NCBI RefSeq assembly: GCF_004010195.1
Contig: NC_057719.1
Location: 36,543,959 to 36,607,958, forward strand
Reading direction: 5' to 3'
DNA length: 64,000 bases
Source of the DNA: Chiloscyllium plagiosum
Lineage: Eukaryota
This document shows, in pieces, positions 27,201 to 41,000 of this stretch. The notes under the pieces are model-generated. The model searched no databases. It was not told the origin of the DNA and saw nothing but the letters and a program-made list of their open reading frames with translations. The number at the start of each line of letters is the position of its first letter. The stretch's first letter is position 1. A program made the translations under genes and the position numbers.

Positions 27201-27544
27201 ATTAATGATGGGAATGCAATGAATGTTGTCCAGCTGAATAGGGTTCCCAATTGTCTAAATGGATAGAATTCCCAAAAATACCACACAAAATTGCAAATCA
27301 AGTGACAGCATGTGGATTTGTGGGATTTTAGGAGACACAGAAACTCTAATTCTTTGCCAACCATGATCAGTAGTTATGCCATGTCCTAAAGCAAGACAAG
27401 CTGATTCTCCTTATTGATTTCAATGCCAGAGTTGAGAAGGACACAAATCTCTGGAAAGGTGTGACTAGCAAGGAAGGGGTAAGGAAAGCAAATACCAACA
27501 GAGTCCTCATTCCAATGAAATGCTTTGAAGATGGTCTGACCAAA

Positions 27545-28935
27545 ACACATAAGACAAAGGAGCAGAGGTCAGCTATTCAGTCTACCTGGTCTGGTCTGCC
27601 ATTCAATGAGACTATGGCTAATCTGATAAATCTCAACTCCATTTCTGCCTTTAAACCATAACCTTCAATTCCCTTACTAATTAAAAATCTATCTCAGTCT
27701 TGAACACACTTAATGAAACAATCTCAACAGCCTTCTACTGTAAAGAATTCACAGATGCACTATCCTCAAAAACAAAAACCCTCATTTCTGTCTCAAATGC
27801 ATGACTCATTGTTCTGAAATTATGCCTTCTGGTCCCAGACTCTCCCATGAGGGGAAACATCCTTTCCATATTTATCTGGTCAAGTCACCTAAGAATGTTG
27901 TATATTTCAATAAGGTATCCTGTCATTCTTCTGTATATCTAGGGCTACAGGACCAATCTAATCAACCCCTCCTCAGAGAACAATATTTCCGTACCTGGTA
28001 CTATCTTAGTAAACCTCTCTGGACTTCCCCTAATGCCAGTATATCTCTCCTTAGATAAGAGGACAAAAACTGTTGAGAGTATTGCAGTTGCAGTCTGACT
28101 AGTACCTTGTATAGTTCTCGCAAAATTCTCCTATTTTGTACTCAATTCCCTCTGAAATTAAGGCCAACATTCTATTTCATTTCCCTATTAACCACTGACA
28201 TGGATGCTAGCTTTTCATGATTTATGGTTGAGGACTCCTAGATTCCCCCTGTTCTATAGATTTCTGCAGTCTTTCTCCATTTAAATGGTATTCAGCTCCT
28301 CTATTCTTCCTACCAAAGTGCATAACCTCAAACCTCTCCACATTACTTTCCATCTGCCAGGTTTCTGCCCACTCATTTGTCAATATCACTCTTCGGGTTC
28401 ATCCTGACCATTCAGCTTCCCACCTATTTTTGTGCCAACTGCAACTGATGATGTAGTGAAATGTCAATTAACTAGCAATCCAGAACCCCAGGCCATCGTT
28501 CAGGACACATCGCTTCAAATCATACCATGGCAGATGATGAGATTTGAATTCAATAAAAAATCTGGAATAATGATGATGCTACCTAAATGGTGAATGTATA
28601 AGTACTGTCAATTGCCATAAATCTTCCTTTCTTACCTGATGGAGCCTAATGTGACTTCAGATCCTTGGCAATGTGGTTGACTTTTATCTGACATCTGGAC
28701 AATTAGGGGTGGGCAAAAAGAGCTGAAGCTCACATCCCATGAACAAATAGATAAAAATGTGTCGACAGCACATTGACTTTCATCAACCAAATCATTGATA
28801 TTGTATAGTAAATACTTTTGGCCCCTGAACTGATCCCTAAGCACATTACTAGTTACAGTTTGTCATTCAGAAAATCTTCCCCTTATCAATACTCTCTGTC
28901 TTCTATTATTTAGTGAATCCTCTATCAACAATATA
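27545..28935 (-). mobile_element. Degenerate CR1-type LINE nested in the RTE, itself carrying a SINE at ~28450-28740
   Basis: Minus-strand CR1 RT-region similarity and a 3' tail starting CATAAGACAAAGGAGCAG on the + strand. Confidence 0.65.
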
Positions 28936-29399
28936 CTACACTCAGAACAAACCCCTTACTTCATCAGAGACTCAAATAAGAGATCTCATGGCAACACCCT
29001 TATTCCAGACATTGGCACTGCCTTGATTAAAACATTGTGCAAGCAAGGAACTGTAAGAATGTTCTCATCACTCATGCCATGAAAGGTGCTGACATCAGCT
29101 GGACCAATGATTGCCTAGCGCAGAGTACAAACTCCACAAACATGGCCCATAAACAGCAGTAGCAGCAAAAGCACTGCTATAGAAAATTCATTATTAATGG
29201 ACTCAAAAATTCTGCGAAAAAAGACCTACACAGTTAGACCACGATAATTCACTGGGTAATGCTCAACAAATAGGACCATAGGCTGTCCAATTTCTGGTAA
29301 AACTTTAAACCCATCATAAACAGCAACTGTGAGGCCAGCCTTAGTTTCTCTACCAGGAAGCAAAGATTGGTTTGATGAGAATGACCAGGAGATGTTTGT

Positions 29400-29982
29400 T
29401 GTGAGATGGCAGGGGAGTAGGGCACGCCAGGCGGAGGTCATCCACTCCACCCATTCTTTTCTTTTTAGTGCTTTTTTTCTCTTCTTTTCTTCTCTTCAAC
29501 TCTCTGTCCCTAGTGATGTTTCCCCGCTTCCAGCAAGTGACAATTCCTAGTCTCTGGCAACGACTCTCAGCTTGGCCCAGTGGCCTCCCGGCCTGGCACG
29601 GCAACCCACAGGTGTGGCGTGGCTTCCTCCCAGCATGGCTTGACGACCTCCTGGCCTGGAGCAGCAATCTCCTCCCGTAGGGGTCTCCCAACGTGGTGTG
29701 GCAAACTTCTGTCCTCTCGCAGCGGCCTCCCAGTATGGCAGCACGGTGTGGAGCCAGGGCCCAGTGTGGACTGGAAGCTAGGTGCTGTCATGGTCTGGGG
29801 TACTGGACTTTTATTTCTGAAATGCTGTATGCTTTATTTCTTTATGGTCTAATATCTTGCAACTGAGGAGCTGTGCCAAGGTACTTTTGTAACTAAATTG
29901 GTGCTGGAATTGGTGATGTATAAACTTTTCACTATACTCATTGAGTATATGTGACAATAAAGGCTATCCTATTCTATTCTAT
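29400..29982 (+). mobile_element. Non-autonomous retroposon with GC-rich internal repeats and GTGACAATAAA-(TTCTA)n tail
   Basis: Interrupts the RTE frame. Repeated GGCCTCCC(G/A)GC..TGG units at ~29580-29745. Hairpin TATACTC-ATT-GAGTATA at 29933-29949, AATAAA, microsatellite tail. Confidence 0.55.
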
Positions 29983-31143
29983 CTAGGAGCTACTAGTTCT
30001 CAAACAAGATGTATTCCTAAAGTGGTAGCATCAACAAAACACGAAATAAAGCAGGAAAATATAGTCCGAGCTCCAACAAAATGTCTGAGATCTAAACAGC
30101 AGATGCTGGTTGGAAAATCAGACAAGATCATCAATGGCCCAAACACCCAAGGAGCTATCCCATTGAGAGTTAGGAACGGGATGGCAGTCATAAAAGACAT
30201 GGAGATAGCAAGCAATCACTTTGATGATCTCGTCAAACACGTTCAGTCCTCTACATGAATGCCCTCAACCTCATCCCACAACATACTACCCGGCAGTACC
30301 TCAGCCCAACATAAGATTGAAAACATGTGAGAACCAACAAAGCCACCAAATTGCTACCAAAATACTGAAATAAGTGGAGAGGCATACTTGACACAAATGT
30401 ATAACTTAACTGTCTCAACCGGAAGGAAGAAAGCATGCCAGGTCTCTCGAAGACACCTTAATTATGACCATCTTCAAGAAAGAAGACAAGGATGATTGTG
30501 GCAACTACAGAGGGGTCAACCTGTTGTCCAGCCCAGGAAACTTCATTGCATGAATCCTCCTCGCTCACTTCCTCCCAGTGACCGAAGAGCTCCTACCAGA
30601 GTCACACCACCAATTCTTCCATTAAGACAGTGGACATGATCTTCACAGCAAGGCAAGTCCATTTGACTGCCTTTGACCTGACAACTGAGAGGGATTATGC
30701 AGCATCCTTCTCAAAGTAACCACCTGCAGAAATTCATCACCATCCCGTGCCTGCTGCACTGGTAGCAGTATTACTAGCTCCCCCCTCCCTGCATGTAAAT
30801 AAGACACAGACAATGTATAGCAGGCACCTCCAATCCCAACAGAAATATCATCAAAACTTTCTCCACAAAAATCCTGCAAATCCAATAGCAGGACAGATGT
30901 TCCAAAATTATTATCCTCTTTTGGGGCAACATACCAGCATTGAGATACTGGTTACTGTCAACCAGCTGCTTTGGGTGGTCCACATCATCCATGTGCCTGA
31001 TACAAGCCAGCGAAGAAGCATCTGCAAAACTGCCAACCATTTTGAGTGCAGAGGTGGAGGGAAAATGCTACAGTGCAATAAATATGCAAAAACTCAAGAC
31101 TCCAACCCACTGTCTCATCAAACTCTACTCATTCCATCTGTAG

Positions 31144-33104
31144 TTGAGAGTGTGGTGCTGGAAAAGCTATTCATCAGGAATGAGGCTTGTGGGCTGGGGG
31201 GGCTGATAAATGGGAGGAGGGGTGAGGTGGGGGGGAAGGTAGCTGAGAATGTGATAGGTAGATGAAGGAAAGGGAAAAGGTAATAGGTCAGAGAGGGGTT
31301 GGAGTAGATAGATAGGAAAGGTGATGGACCGGTCAGGAGGGCGGTGCTGAGGTGGAGACTTGGGACTGGGATAATTATCCCATGTGGTTGCAGGGTCCCA
31401 AGGCAGAAGATGAGGCTTTCTTCCTCCAGACGGCAGGTGGTAATGATTTGGAGATGAAGAAGACCCAGGCCTTGCACGTCCTTGGCGGAGTGGAAGGGGG
31501 GGTGTTGAAGTGTTCAGCCATGGGGTGGTGGGGTTGGTTGGTGCGGGTGTCCCAGAGATGTTCTCTGAAACGATCTGCAAGTAGGCATCCTGTCTCCCTG
31601 ATGTAGAGGCGACCACATCAGGTGCAACTGATACAGTAGATGACATTGGTAGTGTTACGGGTATCTGTCGGATGTGGAAGGATCCTTTGGGGCCTTAGAC
31701 AGAGGTGAGGGGAGTAGTGTGGGCACAGGTATCCGTGGTTAGTCAGTCACTGGATATAGAGAGGTCCAGGAAGGGGACAGAGGTGTCCAAGATGGTTCAG
31801 GTGAATTTGAGGTTGGGGTGGAAGTATTAGTAAAGTTGATGAACTGTTCAACCTCCTCGAGGGGGCACAAGGCGGCACTAATACAGTCATCGATATAGCG
31901 GAGGAACGGATTGGGAGTGGTACAGAAAATGGACTGTTCCACGTACCTGACAAAGTGGCAGGCATAGTTGTGTCCCATGTGAGTGCCCATGGCTATCCCT
32001 TTGGTTTGAAGGAAGTGGGAGGATTGGAAGGAGAAGTTGTTGAGGGTGAGGACCAGTTCAGCCAGGCAGATGAGGGTGTCGGTGAAAGGCTACTGGTTGG
32101 GACGGCGTGAGAGGAAGAAACGGAGGGCTTGGAGGCCTTTGTCATGGCGGATAGAGGTGTACAGACTGGATGTCCATGGTGAAGATGAGGCATTGGGGGC
32201 TAGGGAAACGAAAATCTTGGAGGAGGTGAAGTGCGTGCTGTCTGAAACGTAGGTGGGGAGTTCCTGGACTAAGGGGGACAGGACGGTGTCAAGGTAGGCA
32301 AAGACAAGTTCAGTGGAACAGGTTCAGGCTGAGACAATGGGGTGACCGTGGAAGTCAGGTTTGTGAATCTTTCGTATGAGGTAGAATCAGGCGGTGCAGG
32401 GTTCACAGACAATGAGGTTGAAGGCTGTGGACAGGAGATCCCCAGAGGTGATGAGGTTGTGGATAGTCTGGGAGATGATGGTTTGGTGAGGTAATGGCTG
32501 AGGGGACAATAGGAGGAGTTGTCTGCAAGTTGGCACCTGGCTTCAGTGGTGTAGAAGTTGGTGCGCCAAACTACCACTGTACCCCTTTTGTCTGTGAGTT
32601 TGATGGTGAGGTTGGGGTTGAAGTGGAGGGCACCACCGGATTCTACCTCCTACCAAAGATTCACAAACCTGACTTCCCCGGTCAACCCATTGTCTCAGCC
32701 TGCGCCTGTCCCACTGAACTCATCTCTGCCTACCTTGACACCATCCCCTTAGTCCAGGAACTCCCCACCTACATTTGGGACACCACCCACGCCCTTCACC
32801 TCCTCCAAGATTTTCGCTTTCCTAGCCCCCAACGCCTCATTTTCACCATGGACATCCAGTCCCTGTATATCTCTATCTGCCATGACGAAGGCCTCCAAGC
32901 CCTCCATTTCTTCCTCTCATACTGTCCCCACCCCCCCCGTCCCATTTATCTCTCAGCCCTCCGGCCCACAAGCCTCATTCCTGATGAAAGACTTATGCCC
33001 GAAATGTCGATTCTCCGGCTCCTCGGATGCTGCCTGACCTGCTGTGCTTTTCCAGCACCACACTCTCGACTCTGATCTCCAGCACTTACAGTCCTCACCT
33101 TCTC
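31144..33104. mobile_element. Penelope-like element (RT + GIY-YIG remnants) with inverted architecture: - strand to ~32630, + strand after
   Basis: FYLLPKIHKPDFPGQPIVSACACPTELISAYLD, FTMDIQSLY, AMGTHMGHNYAC, FLRYIDDC and GIY-YIG C-terminus EEESLIFCLGTLQPHG. Imperfect TSD CTCATTCC(A/T)TCTGT(A/C)G at 31128-31143 and 33105-33120. Degenerate hammerhead at ~32981-33008. Confidence 0.88.
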
Positions 33105-33183
33105 CTCATTCCTTCTGTCGCAGGGTTTGCAAATTCAGTCTGGATTTCCACTCTGAAAAGTCATCCTTGATCTCAAGGGACTG

Positions 33184-33282
33184 ATTCCTGATGAAGGGCT
33201 TATGCCTGGAATGTTGATTCTCCTGCTCCTTGGATGCTGCCTGACCTGCTTTGTTTTTCCAGCACCACACTCTTGACTCTTG
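33184..33282 (+). mobile_element. Short PLE terminal fragment starting at a degenerate hammerhead
   Basis: ATTCCTGATGAAGGGCTTATGCCTGGAATGTTGATTC, flanked by AGGGACTG direct repeats. Confidence 0.65.
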
Positions 33283-33329
33283 AGGGACTGCCTAAGATAC
33301 ATAGAGTTTGAGATCAGGGGAAGGGGGGG

Positions 33330-34285
33330 TCTATCTTTGGGAACCCCACACCTTTTTTTTATGGGAACTCATTTATTGTGAACTCTCTCTCATGTCTTCC
33401 TTCAATAATTCTCTCTGCTTTGATACTGATTTACCTTCAAAATAACCAATATTAGTCTATATTTAATCCAATCGCAAATCATATTTCAACTTAATAAAAT
33501 TGACTGTTGCCCAAATTAAAACTTCTACTTGTGCTCTATATTTGTCCTTTTCCATAATTATGATCACTAACATTAAAATGCTCCCTCACCGAAATCTCTT
33601 GCCATTGTGAAGAAATATCATGTTGGATTTGAAACTTTATGTTTCTCTCTCCATAGATGCTGCCAGACCCTCTGAGTTTCCCCAGTATTTTCCCCAGATC
33701 ACTGACATCCAAAGTACTTTGCTTTTTCAGATCACCAATATCCACAGCACTTTGCTTTTAACCCTTTTACCTGCTGAGCCTCATTTCATAAAGCTACATC
33801 CAGAACCTGTCTAATCGCTGCTTGAATTTGCTATATACTGAAAAATACATTTCCCCGAAATGCATTAAGAATTTTGTGCCTTTTAAAATATTAGGGTAAT
33901 TGAAACCCCTGCTGTTTTGCACTTCTTAGCAAATTGTTTACATATTTGATCCTCTTGTAATGGTCTATTGTTCTGATTATATGACGCTCTATAGAATATA
34001 TCCCACGGTAGTATCATTACTGCTTTTTTGTTACTCAGTGCAACCCAATATATTGTCATTTGATGATCCTTCTCGCATGCCATCTCTCCTCACAGCTGTG
34101 ATTGTTTCTTTAACCAATATCACAATTCCTTTCCTCCTTTTTAATTTCCACTTTATCCAATTTTATTTTGAGCTCCCATTCCTGACCTCCTTTAAGCCAC
34201 TCTTTAGAAATGTCAATGATATCATACTTCCAAATACCTATCTGTGCCCTCTGCATATTCACCTTATTCATTGGACTCCGTGAAA
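33330..34285 (-). mobile_element. Old CR1 endonuclease-region remnant, with a short repeat inserted at ~33620-33760
   Basis: RAQIGIWKYDIIDISKEWLKGGQEWEL and EHFNVSDHN resemble the CR1 AP-endonuclease region. Confidence 0.6.
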
Positions 34286-34381
34286 CACATACCAATCACC
34301 AAACAGCTCCTTTTGTTGTTTATTTTCTCAATTCTTCATATATGATTAGTTTCATGACATCCATTCTACTGTACTTAGCAG

Positions 34382-34578
34382 GAGAAAGTGAGGACTGCAG
34401 ATGCTGGAGATCAGAGCTGAAAAATGTGTTGCTGGAAAAGCGCAGCAGGTCAGGCAGCATCCAAGGAACAGGAGAATCGACGTTTCGAACATGAGAAGGG
34501 CTCATGCCCGAAATGTCGATTCTCCTGCTCCTTGGATGCTGCCTGATCTGCTTCGCTTTTCCAGCAACGCATTTTCAG
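34382..34578. mobile_element. Short PLE insertion, inverted arms joined at the hammerhead region
   Basis: Perfect 16-bp TSD CTACTGTACTTAGCAG at 34366-34381 and 34579-34594. Arms ~34415-34495 and ~34496-34580 are reverse complements. Confidence 0.8.
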
Positions 34579-36764
34579 CTACTGTACTTAGCAGCAGATT
34601 TTGTCACAAATCATGCTTTTCTTGTAATGTTCAAATACTTGCTAAGCTTTTGGATCACCTATAAAGCTTTTGATGATTTTATAAAAATGACTTTACAAAC
34701 ACATATATGACTAGAAAATGTAAGGACTAAACCAGTGTATTTTCACACTAGAAATAGTATTCAATTCAGCCCAGACTCTGCAGGAAACAAAAATGCAGCA
34801 GGAAATGCAGAACATCAATGTCATCAAGTCTGACCAGCTATAGCATGGTTAGCTACAAAGCTAACCTTGCTTTACTCTGCCATAGCAATGTGAGGAGTCT
34901 GAATCTCAGCAGAACTCACCCAACTGTAGAATTGTTTTAAACTAACATCATTGTCATAGCTAATTTCTGCTAAATTAGAGGCATTTTAATGTCCTTAAGT
35001 TTAGTGCTGCCAAAATTAATTCCATTTGGCACATTTAGTAAGTAGACAGAGAAGATTTTATCCCATTAACTAAGATGTAATTTGATCACAGATGTCAGAG
35101 GTGAAAGCATCTAATTCTCTGATCCAGTCACCATACACTCTGATTATATTCCATGTTACATTTAGACCTATATGTACATTAGATGCAGGACATTGGAAAA
35201 AGAAGTATGTATTATCCTTTGGAGGTGATATTCTTCTCAATGCAAAATACAAAAACACCAAAATATCAAGATTAGAAAGTTGTAAACACCAAACCCGAGT
35301 TTAAGATAATCAAAAATTGACAACAGAGAGCAAGGCAGCAGGACGAATTAGACTGCTGTTTCAAAAAAAACTGGCACAGACACAATGGGTTAAATTCTCC
35401 CGTCTGTGCTGCTGCTCTGTATACAGCTCGTGCCAGGCTGAGTGAGAGGAAATGGAGTTTTATTAAATAGCCCACAGACTAAAGTCATGAGAAACAAAAC
35501 CACAAGGCAAGTGAATTTAATTCAAGTGAAAGCCAATCCTGACCTCAACTCAATTAGTACCAGCAGGGACACAAGAAAAAAGGCAGACATTTAACTGAAG
35601 TTCTCTTCATGTCATTCCTCTGTGTCCAGCTTGTTTCTCAGTGCCAGCTGTCTATCCTTTAATTTATGTTTTAATTGACAGCCAAAAGCTAATGCCTCCC
35701 TATCAACCTTTCTAAATAACTTGTTACATTACAACAAATAGGGAAAGCATGCCTAAATATTGGAAACAGTGGAACTGCAGATTTCACGGCCTCAAAATTG
35801 TATTCTGAATGTTAAAATCAGAGGGCTTTTTTATCATTACCATCCCTGCCTTACTTATATTGTATTTTGTTTCCAGTTTCAGGCTGGACAGTTCAGGTCC
35901 AGACCTCATGGAAACATATCAGCATCAAAAACCAACTCTGTTCCCATTTAAGATTCAGTTTAGCACTATCTGAGGTTACCTATGTTGACACATGTTTGGG
36001 CACTGCATAGATTTCTCTCTGATTGTCAATTGGGCATCCACCCCATGACTGATTGGGAACATCTCAAGGAGAGAATAATGCCCCAATACCTTGAGCAGGG
36101 TCAAATCATTTGAGAGCACCATGCCAAGTTGTCCTGGTGTCAAATGGAGGCCAATTTTCTGAGGACTGAACTGATGTCAACAGAGGGGCAATGGTTGCCT
36201 CTTGCAAATAACTGACCAGTCTCAGCTGGTGGAGTTTGCGGGCATCCATTCAGGCATCTGCATAGATGGCCACTTCAGAGCTATTTGATTTGGGACAAGA
36301 GTCTTCCATTTGATTCTTAGAAGCTTCTGTATATATTGGTACTACTAATGCATCTAATGGTGGGAATAGGATGGAAAAGATTGGTTATTAAGCATCCTTA
36401 ATAACCAATGGCACCCTTCAATATTGAGGTAACAACCAGAGAAACCCTTTGTCCCTTTTAGCTTTTTGTGTTCAGAGTAGACCTGTCCAGAATCAGAAGG
36501 GTGAGAGAATAGAGAGGAAAACTTTTTCAGTAAGTATCAGCCTCAGAAGTCATCAAATGACATGCTTTCTGAAAGTGTGCTAAGACTAGTTGACAGGTTG
36601 TCTGTGATCTCACTCAAACTGCACTGCACTGCACTTCCCTTACTGTTCAGTTTTCACAAACAGCACTGGGTCAGATTTCACAACTACACCTTGAATTTCC
36701 TCAGTTGAGGTACAGGCGAAGCAGCAACACCCATAATAAGCAGCTACAGGGTATAGGGCAACAT

Positions 36765-37097
36765 GCTGATTAGCACCAATGCCTCACAGGACCAGTAACC
36801 CGGGTTCAATTCCAGCTTTGGGTGACTGTCTGTGTGGAGTTTGCGCATTGTCTTTGTGTCTGCTTGGGTTTCTGCCAGGTGATCCAGGTGCTACAGTCCA
36901 AAGGTGTCCAGGTCCAGTGGATTGGATATGTTAAATTAGCCCATAGTGTGCAGGGATGTGTAGGTTAAGTAGATTAGCCATGGTAAATGTGGCATTACAA
37001 GGTTAGGTTAAGAGTTTGTGTGGGATGCTCTTCAGAGGGTCCGTGCAGACTCGATGGGGATAATGGCCTCTTTCCACATTGCAGGGATTCTATGATT
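36765..37097 (+). mobile_element. tRNA-derived SINE (V-SINE/HE1-like), diverged
   Basis: B-box GGGTTCAATTCC, GTGTGGAGTTTGC core, tail GATTCTATGATTC. Confidence 0.75.
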
Positions 37098-38099
37098 CCC
37101 AAACAAGCAGAAAATGGGCTCACAGACCATGCTGGGAGGAGCTGAAATCCCTAAAAAGAGGGAAAGTCAGCTCTTTCAACAGGAAATGTGGCCTTCTCCG
37201 ATTCCAGCTGCGGCCATTGTCCAGATGTTAAAGATGTTGGCACTGAACCGCCATGAAAGCCTGACCCTCCTGAAAAAAGATATGTTTGATAGAGTTAGTG
37301 CATCAATTTTCCCTCCCTCCTTGTTTGGCTGGCATGAAATTCAAAGGGCAGTATTTAATTGGAGTGGAATCACAACATTCAGGACAAGCATCTTCCTTTA
37401 AGCACACCTCCACACCCCCCCATCTCCGACCATTTGATGACCATATGTTAGAGTGTACACATGTTGCAGTATATTGCAACATGAAGTGGGTCAAGATTAT
37501 TCATGTACTCTGTAATCCATGCTACTCACATCATTACTATTGAATACTGCAGGTTTGATTTGAAGTGCCTCAGAATAACAAGCCATTTAAAGAGCAAAAC
37601 TGGCAATCTTTTAATTTGGGGAATCACTATTTTCTTCAACACTGGAGAACTGTTTCACAGGCTGATAAGACTTGACCTGCCTGGGAAAATAGATTAATAG
37701 TGTGACATTTACAGGGGCTATATACAGCTTAGCTGATATTATTCTTTATTCAATCAATAGCTTGGCTCTTTAGTGGAATATGTATTAGATTATTGTATGT
37801 GACAGTGTGATAATGGCCACACAGGACAGACTGGCCAAACAGGTTCTCCTAATGCTATCACACATAGGGTGCAGCTAATTAAGCTGAACAAGCTAGTTCA
37901 AGTCCCAACTGCTCCAGAGGTGTATAATAACGTCACTGAATACATTGATTAACAAAATAGGTTAAAACGTCTAAAAATTTACTTTTTAAATTAAGTAAAC
38001 TTGTTAAATCTGATTCCTGGAGCAGGTTAAGGCCTATACTACAAAAGCAAGCCCTAAAGAGCTACAAGAATGGAATGAAAAGGTTCTCAAAGTATCAGT

Positions 38100-41000
38100 G
38101 GGAAATAGAGGAGCAAATATGTAGACAGTATGTAAGAATAATAATCGGGTAAGTATACGAGGGGATTTCAACTTTCCCAACATAAATTAGGAAAGTCATA
38201 GTTACAAGGACTTAGAGATGGCGGATTTCTTGAAATGTATCCAGGTGACGGCCCAACAAGCAATGGAGCTGGTCTGGAGAATGAAGCCAGATAAGTATTC
38301 AATGTAGCAGTGTAGAAACCATTTTTGCAAAAGCAACCACAACACGGAACAGTTCAAGTTTATTATGGACAAGGATAAAGATGGCTTGCAAAAGGCAGCT
38401 TTGCAATGTGAAAAGCAGATTTTATTAAAATAAAGCAGTATCTGGCCAAAGTTCACTGGGAACAGCTCCTGCAGGTAAGGCTACAGCGGAGCAGATGAGG
38501 GCATTCAAAAAGGAGCTGGGGAGAATACAGGTCCAATATGTACTCTTTAGGGGGAATATAGCGCAGTATGGTCAAGGAACCCTGGATAACAAAGCAGGAC
38601 TGAATGAGGAAGAAGAGAAAGGCTGTTAGCAGGCCCAAAGTGAGCAATTCAGCTGTGGCCCTCAAGGAATATTGGAAGTGCAACAGGGAACATAAGAAAG
38701 CAACTAGAAGAGCAAAAAAGGTGGCATACAAAAGGACTTGCAAACAGGATTAGGGAGAATCTTAAGGTATTCTACAAAAACATTAAAGGGAAGACATTAA
38801 CTGGGGAAAGAGTACAGGTCATTTGGGACCAAGGATGTAATCTGTCTGTGAAGCCAAAGAATATTCAAAGGATTTTAAATGAATACTTCTCATTGGTTTT
38901 CACTTCGGAAAAGGGGAATGTAGGTACGGAACTCAGGAAAAAGGGCTATGAGGGATTTGTCCAGCTTGACTGTAAAATAAGGAAATTGGAGGATCTGATG
39001 GGCATCAGTGGACTTATCCCCTGACCCAGATGAACTGCATCGCAGGCTGCTTTGGGAATTGAGGCAGGAAATTGCAGAGGCTTGAACACAAATTTTGATT
39101 TCCTCTCCAGCCACGGTTGCTGGGGCAGGGGGGGGGAAGATGTGCTAGAAGACTAGAGGATGGCTAATGTGGTTCTACTTTCTAAGAAAGTTAATAGTGA
39201 TGAACCAGGAAACTACAGACCAGTGAGTCTCATGTTAGTGGTGGGGAAACTATTGGAGAAAACTTTGTAGGAGTGAATTAATATCTACTTAGAAAAGCAT
39301 AAGTTAATCATGGATAGTCAGGCCCATAAAATTTGTTAGAACTTTTCAAAAATGTGTTGTGGCCCAAACCAAACCCCCTCAAAATATGTTAAAATAGCCT
39401 AGACCCTAACCTTCCTTATTTTACAGTAAGTTGTTGCATTCCAGTTGCAATTTGATTGGTCAAACTACTAGACATTTAGCAAAACGCACTTCATTTTTAT
39501 ACTACAGCTAAAATAATAGAAAAATAAAAATAAAAGAACAGAATTGGCTTAACTGTAACTCTATTGAAATGCTTAACAAAATAATATATATAAACTACTA
39601 CTAATTAATACAGTAGTAATCCGATATAGTAACATCACATAAACACACCCTTAGCAAAGGCAAATGCAGTAAAGTAGATTGTCTCACATGCAATTCCAGC
39701 AGCAGGAAGAGAATTTCAGCTTTGGTGTAGCAGAGAGAGAGGAATAAGAGTTTCTACATCCAGATTCAAGATCCTAGCAACTGCTGAAAGCAAAAACTAA
39801 AAATCCTCATTCTATGGGAGCTTGACCCCACCCATTCAGGCTGCTTCTATTGTTCCAACATTTTTTTTAAAAACCCAAGGCCTCACAAGCTGTTTTCCGC
39901 CTGGTTTCAAGCTTTCTTCATAAAAAATCCAGGACAAAATACACCTCTTAAAGGCATAGTATTGTTTCAAATGTGATCAAATGGATGAGGGAAGTTCAGT
40001 TGATATAGTTTAAATGGATTTTAGCAAAGATTTTAACAAAGTCCCACAAGGGAGATTGAGAAGGTTAAAACACATGGGACTCAGGGAAACTTGGTGAGAT
40101 GGATCAAAAACTGGCTTAGTGAAGGACTAAGAGTTGTCACAGAAAATGATAGAGACATAACAATTCAAACATTGAAAGGTATCTGGATGGGTATATGAAT
40201 AGGAAGGGTGTTTAAGTGACTGGAGATCGCTGTCCAACAGTGCACCACAAGGATCAGCACAGGCACCCTTACTACTTGTTATATACATAAATGATACAGA
40301 TGAAAATGTATGGGGAATGTTAAGCAAGTTTGCAGATGATACCAAGATTGATAGGTAGGGTGGTTAATAATGAAGAAAATGGTTGTAGGTTATTGGATGA
40401 TGTACAGATGGGTTTGTCAGATGGACAGAATGGTGGTAGATGCTATTTAACCCTGATAAAAAGTGAGGTGATGCACTTTGGAAGAGGAAACAATGCATGT
40501 CGGCCATTGGTTAGCTTAGAGGGACACAGGGATCTGGGATAATTATTCATAGATCTGCTGTAGAGATTCACCAGGGTGCTGCCTGGGATGGAGCACTTGA
40601 GCAATAAGGACAGAATAGATAGGCTTGGATTCTTTTTTTGAGAGCAGCAAAGGCTGAGAGGGCACATTATTCAGGCATGTAAGGTTATGAACTGTATGGC
40701 CAGGGTAAGTAAGGAGCAGCGGTTCTGCTTGGTTGAACGGTCAGTCATGAGGGCATCTTTTTACGATAAGGGGCATGAGATTCAGAAGGGATTGGAGAAA
40801 AATGTTTTTACTCAGAGAGTGGTGGGAATCTGGAATTAACTGCCTGGGAATGTAGTGTAGGTTGGAAACCTTACAACCTTCAAAAGATATTTGGATGAGC
40901 ACTTGAAATATCAAAATATTCAAGGATATGGGACAACTGACTGGATGATTTGAGTTATAGGGAGAGGCTGAATAGGCTGGAGCTTTGGAGGCTGAGAGGT

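Larger units (their letters stand above)
27370..33300 (+). mobile_element. Ancient RTE-clade LINE acting as host for nested insertions
   Basis: Endonuclease remnant DKLILLIDFNARVEKDTNLWKGVTSKEGVRKAN (~27395-27500), DWFDENDQE (~29365), IFKKEDKDDCGNYRGVNLLS (~30470-30530). Pieces are separated by CR1, SINE-like and PLE insertions. Confidence 0.7.

Noticed and set aside
29226..32577. Cluster of overlapping 60-170 aa ORFs as novel genes
   Set aside because: They are alternative or antisense frames of GC-rich retroelement remnants.
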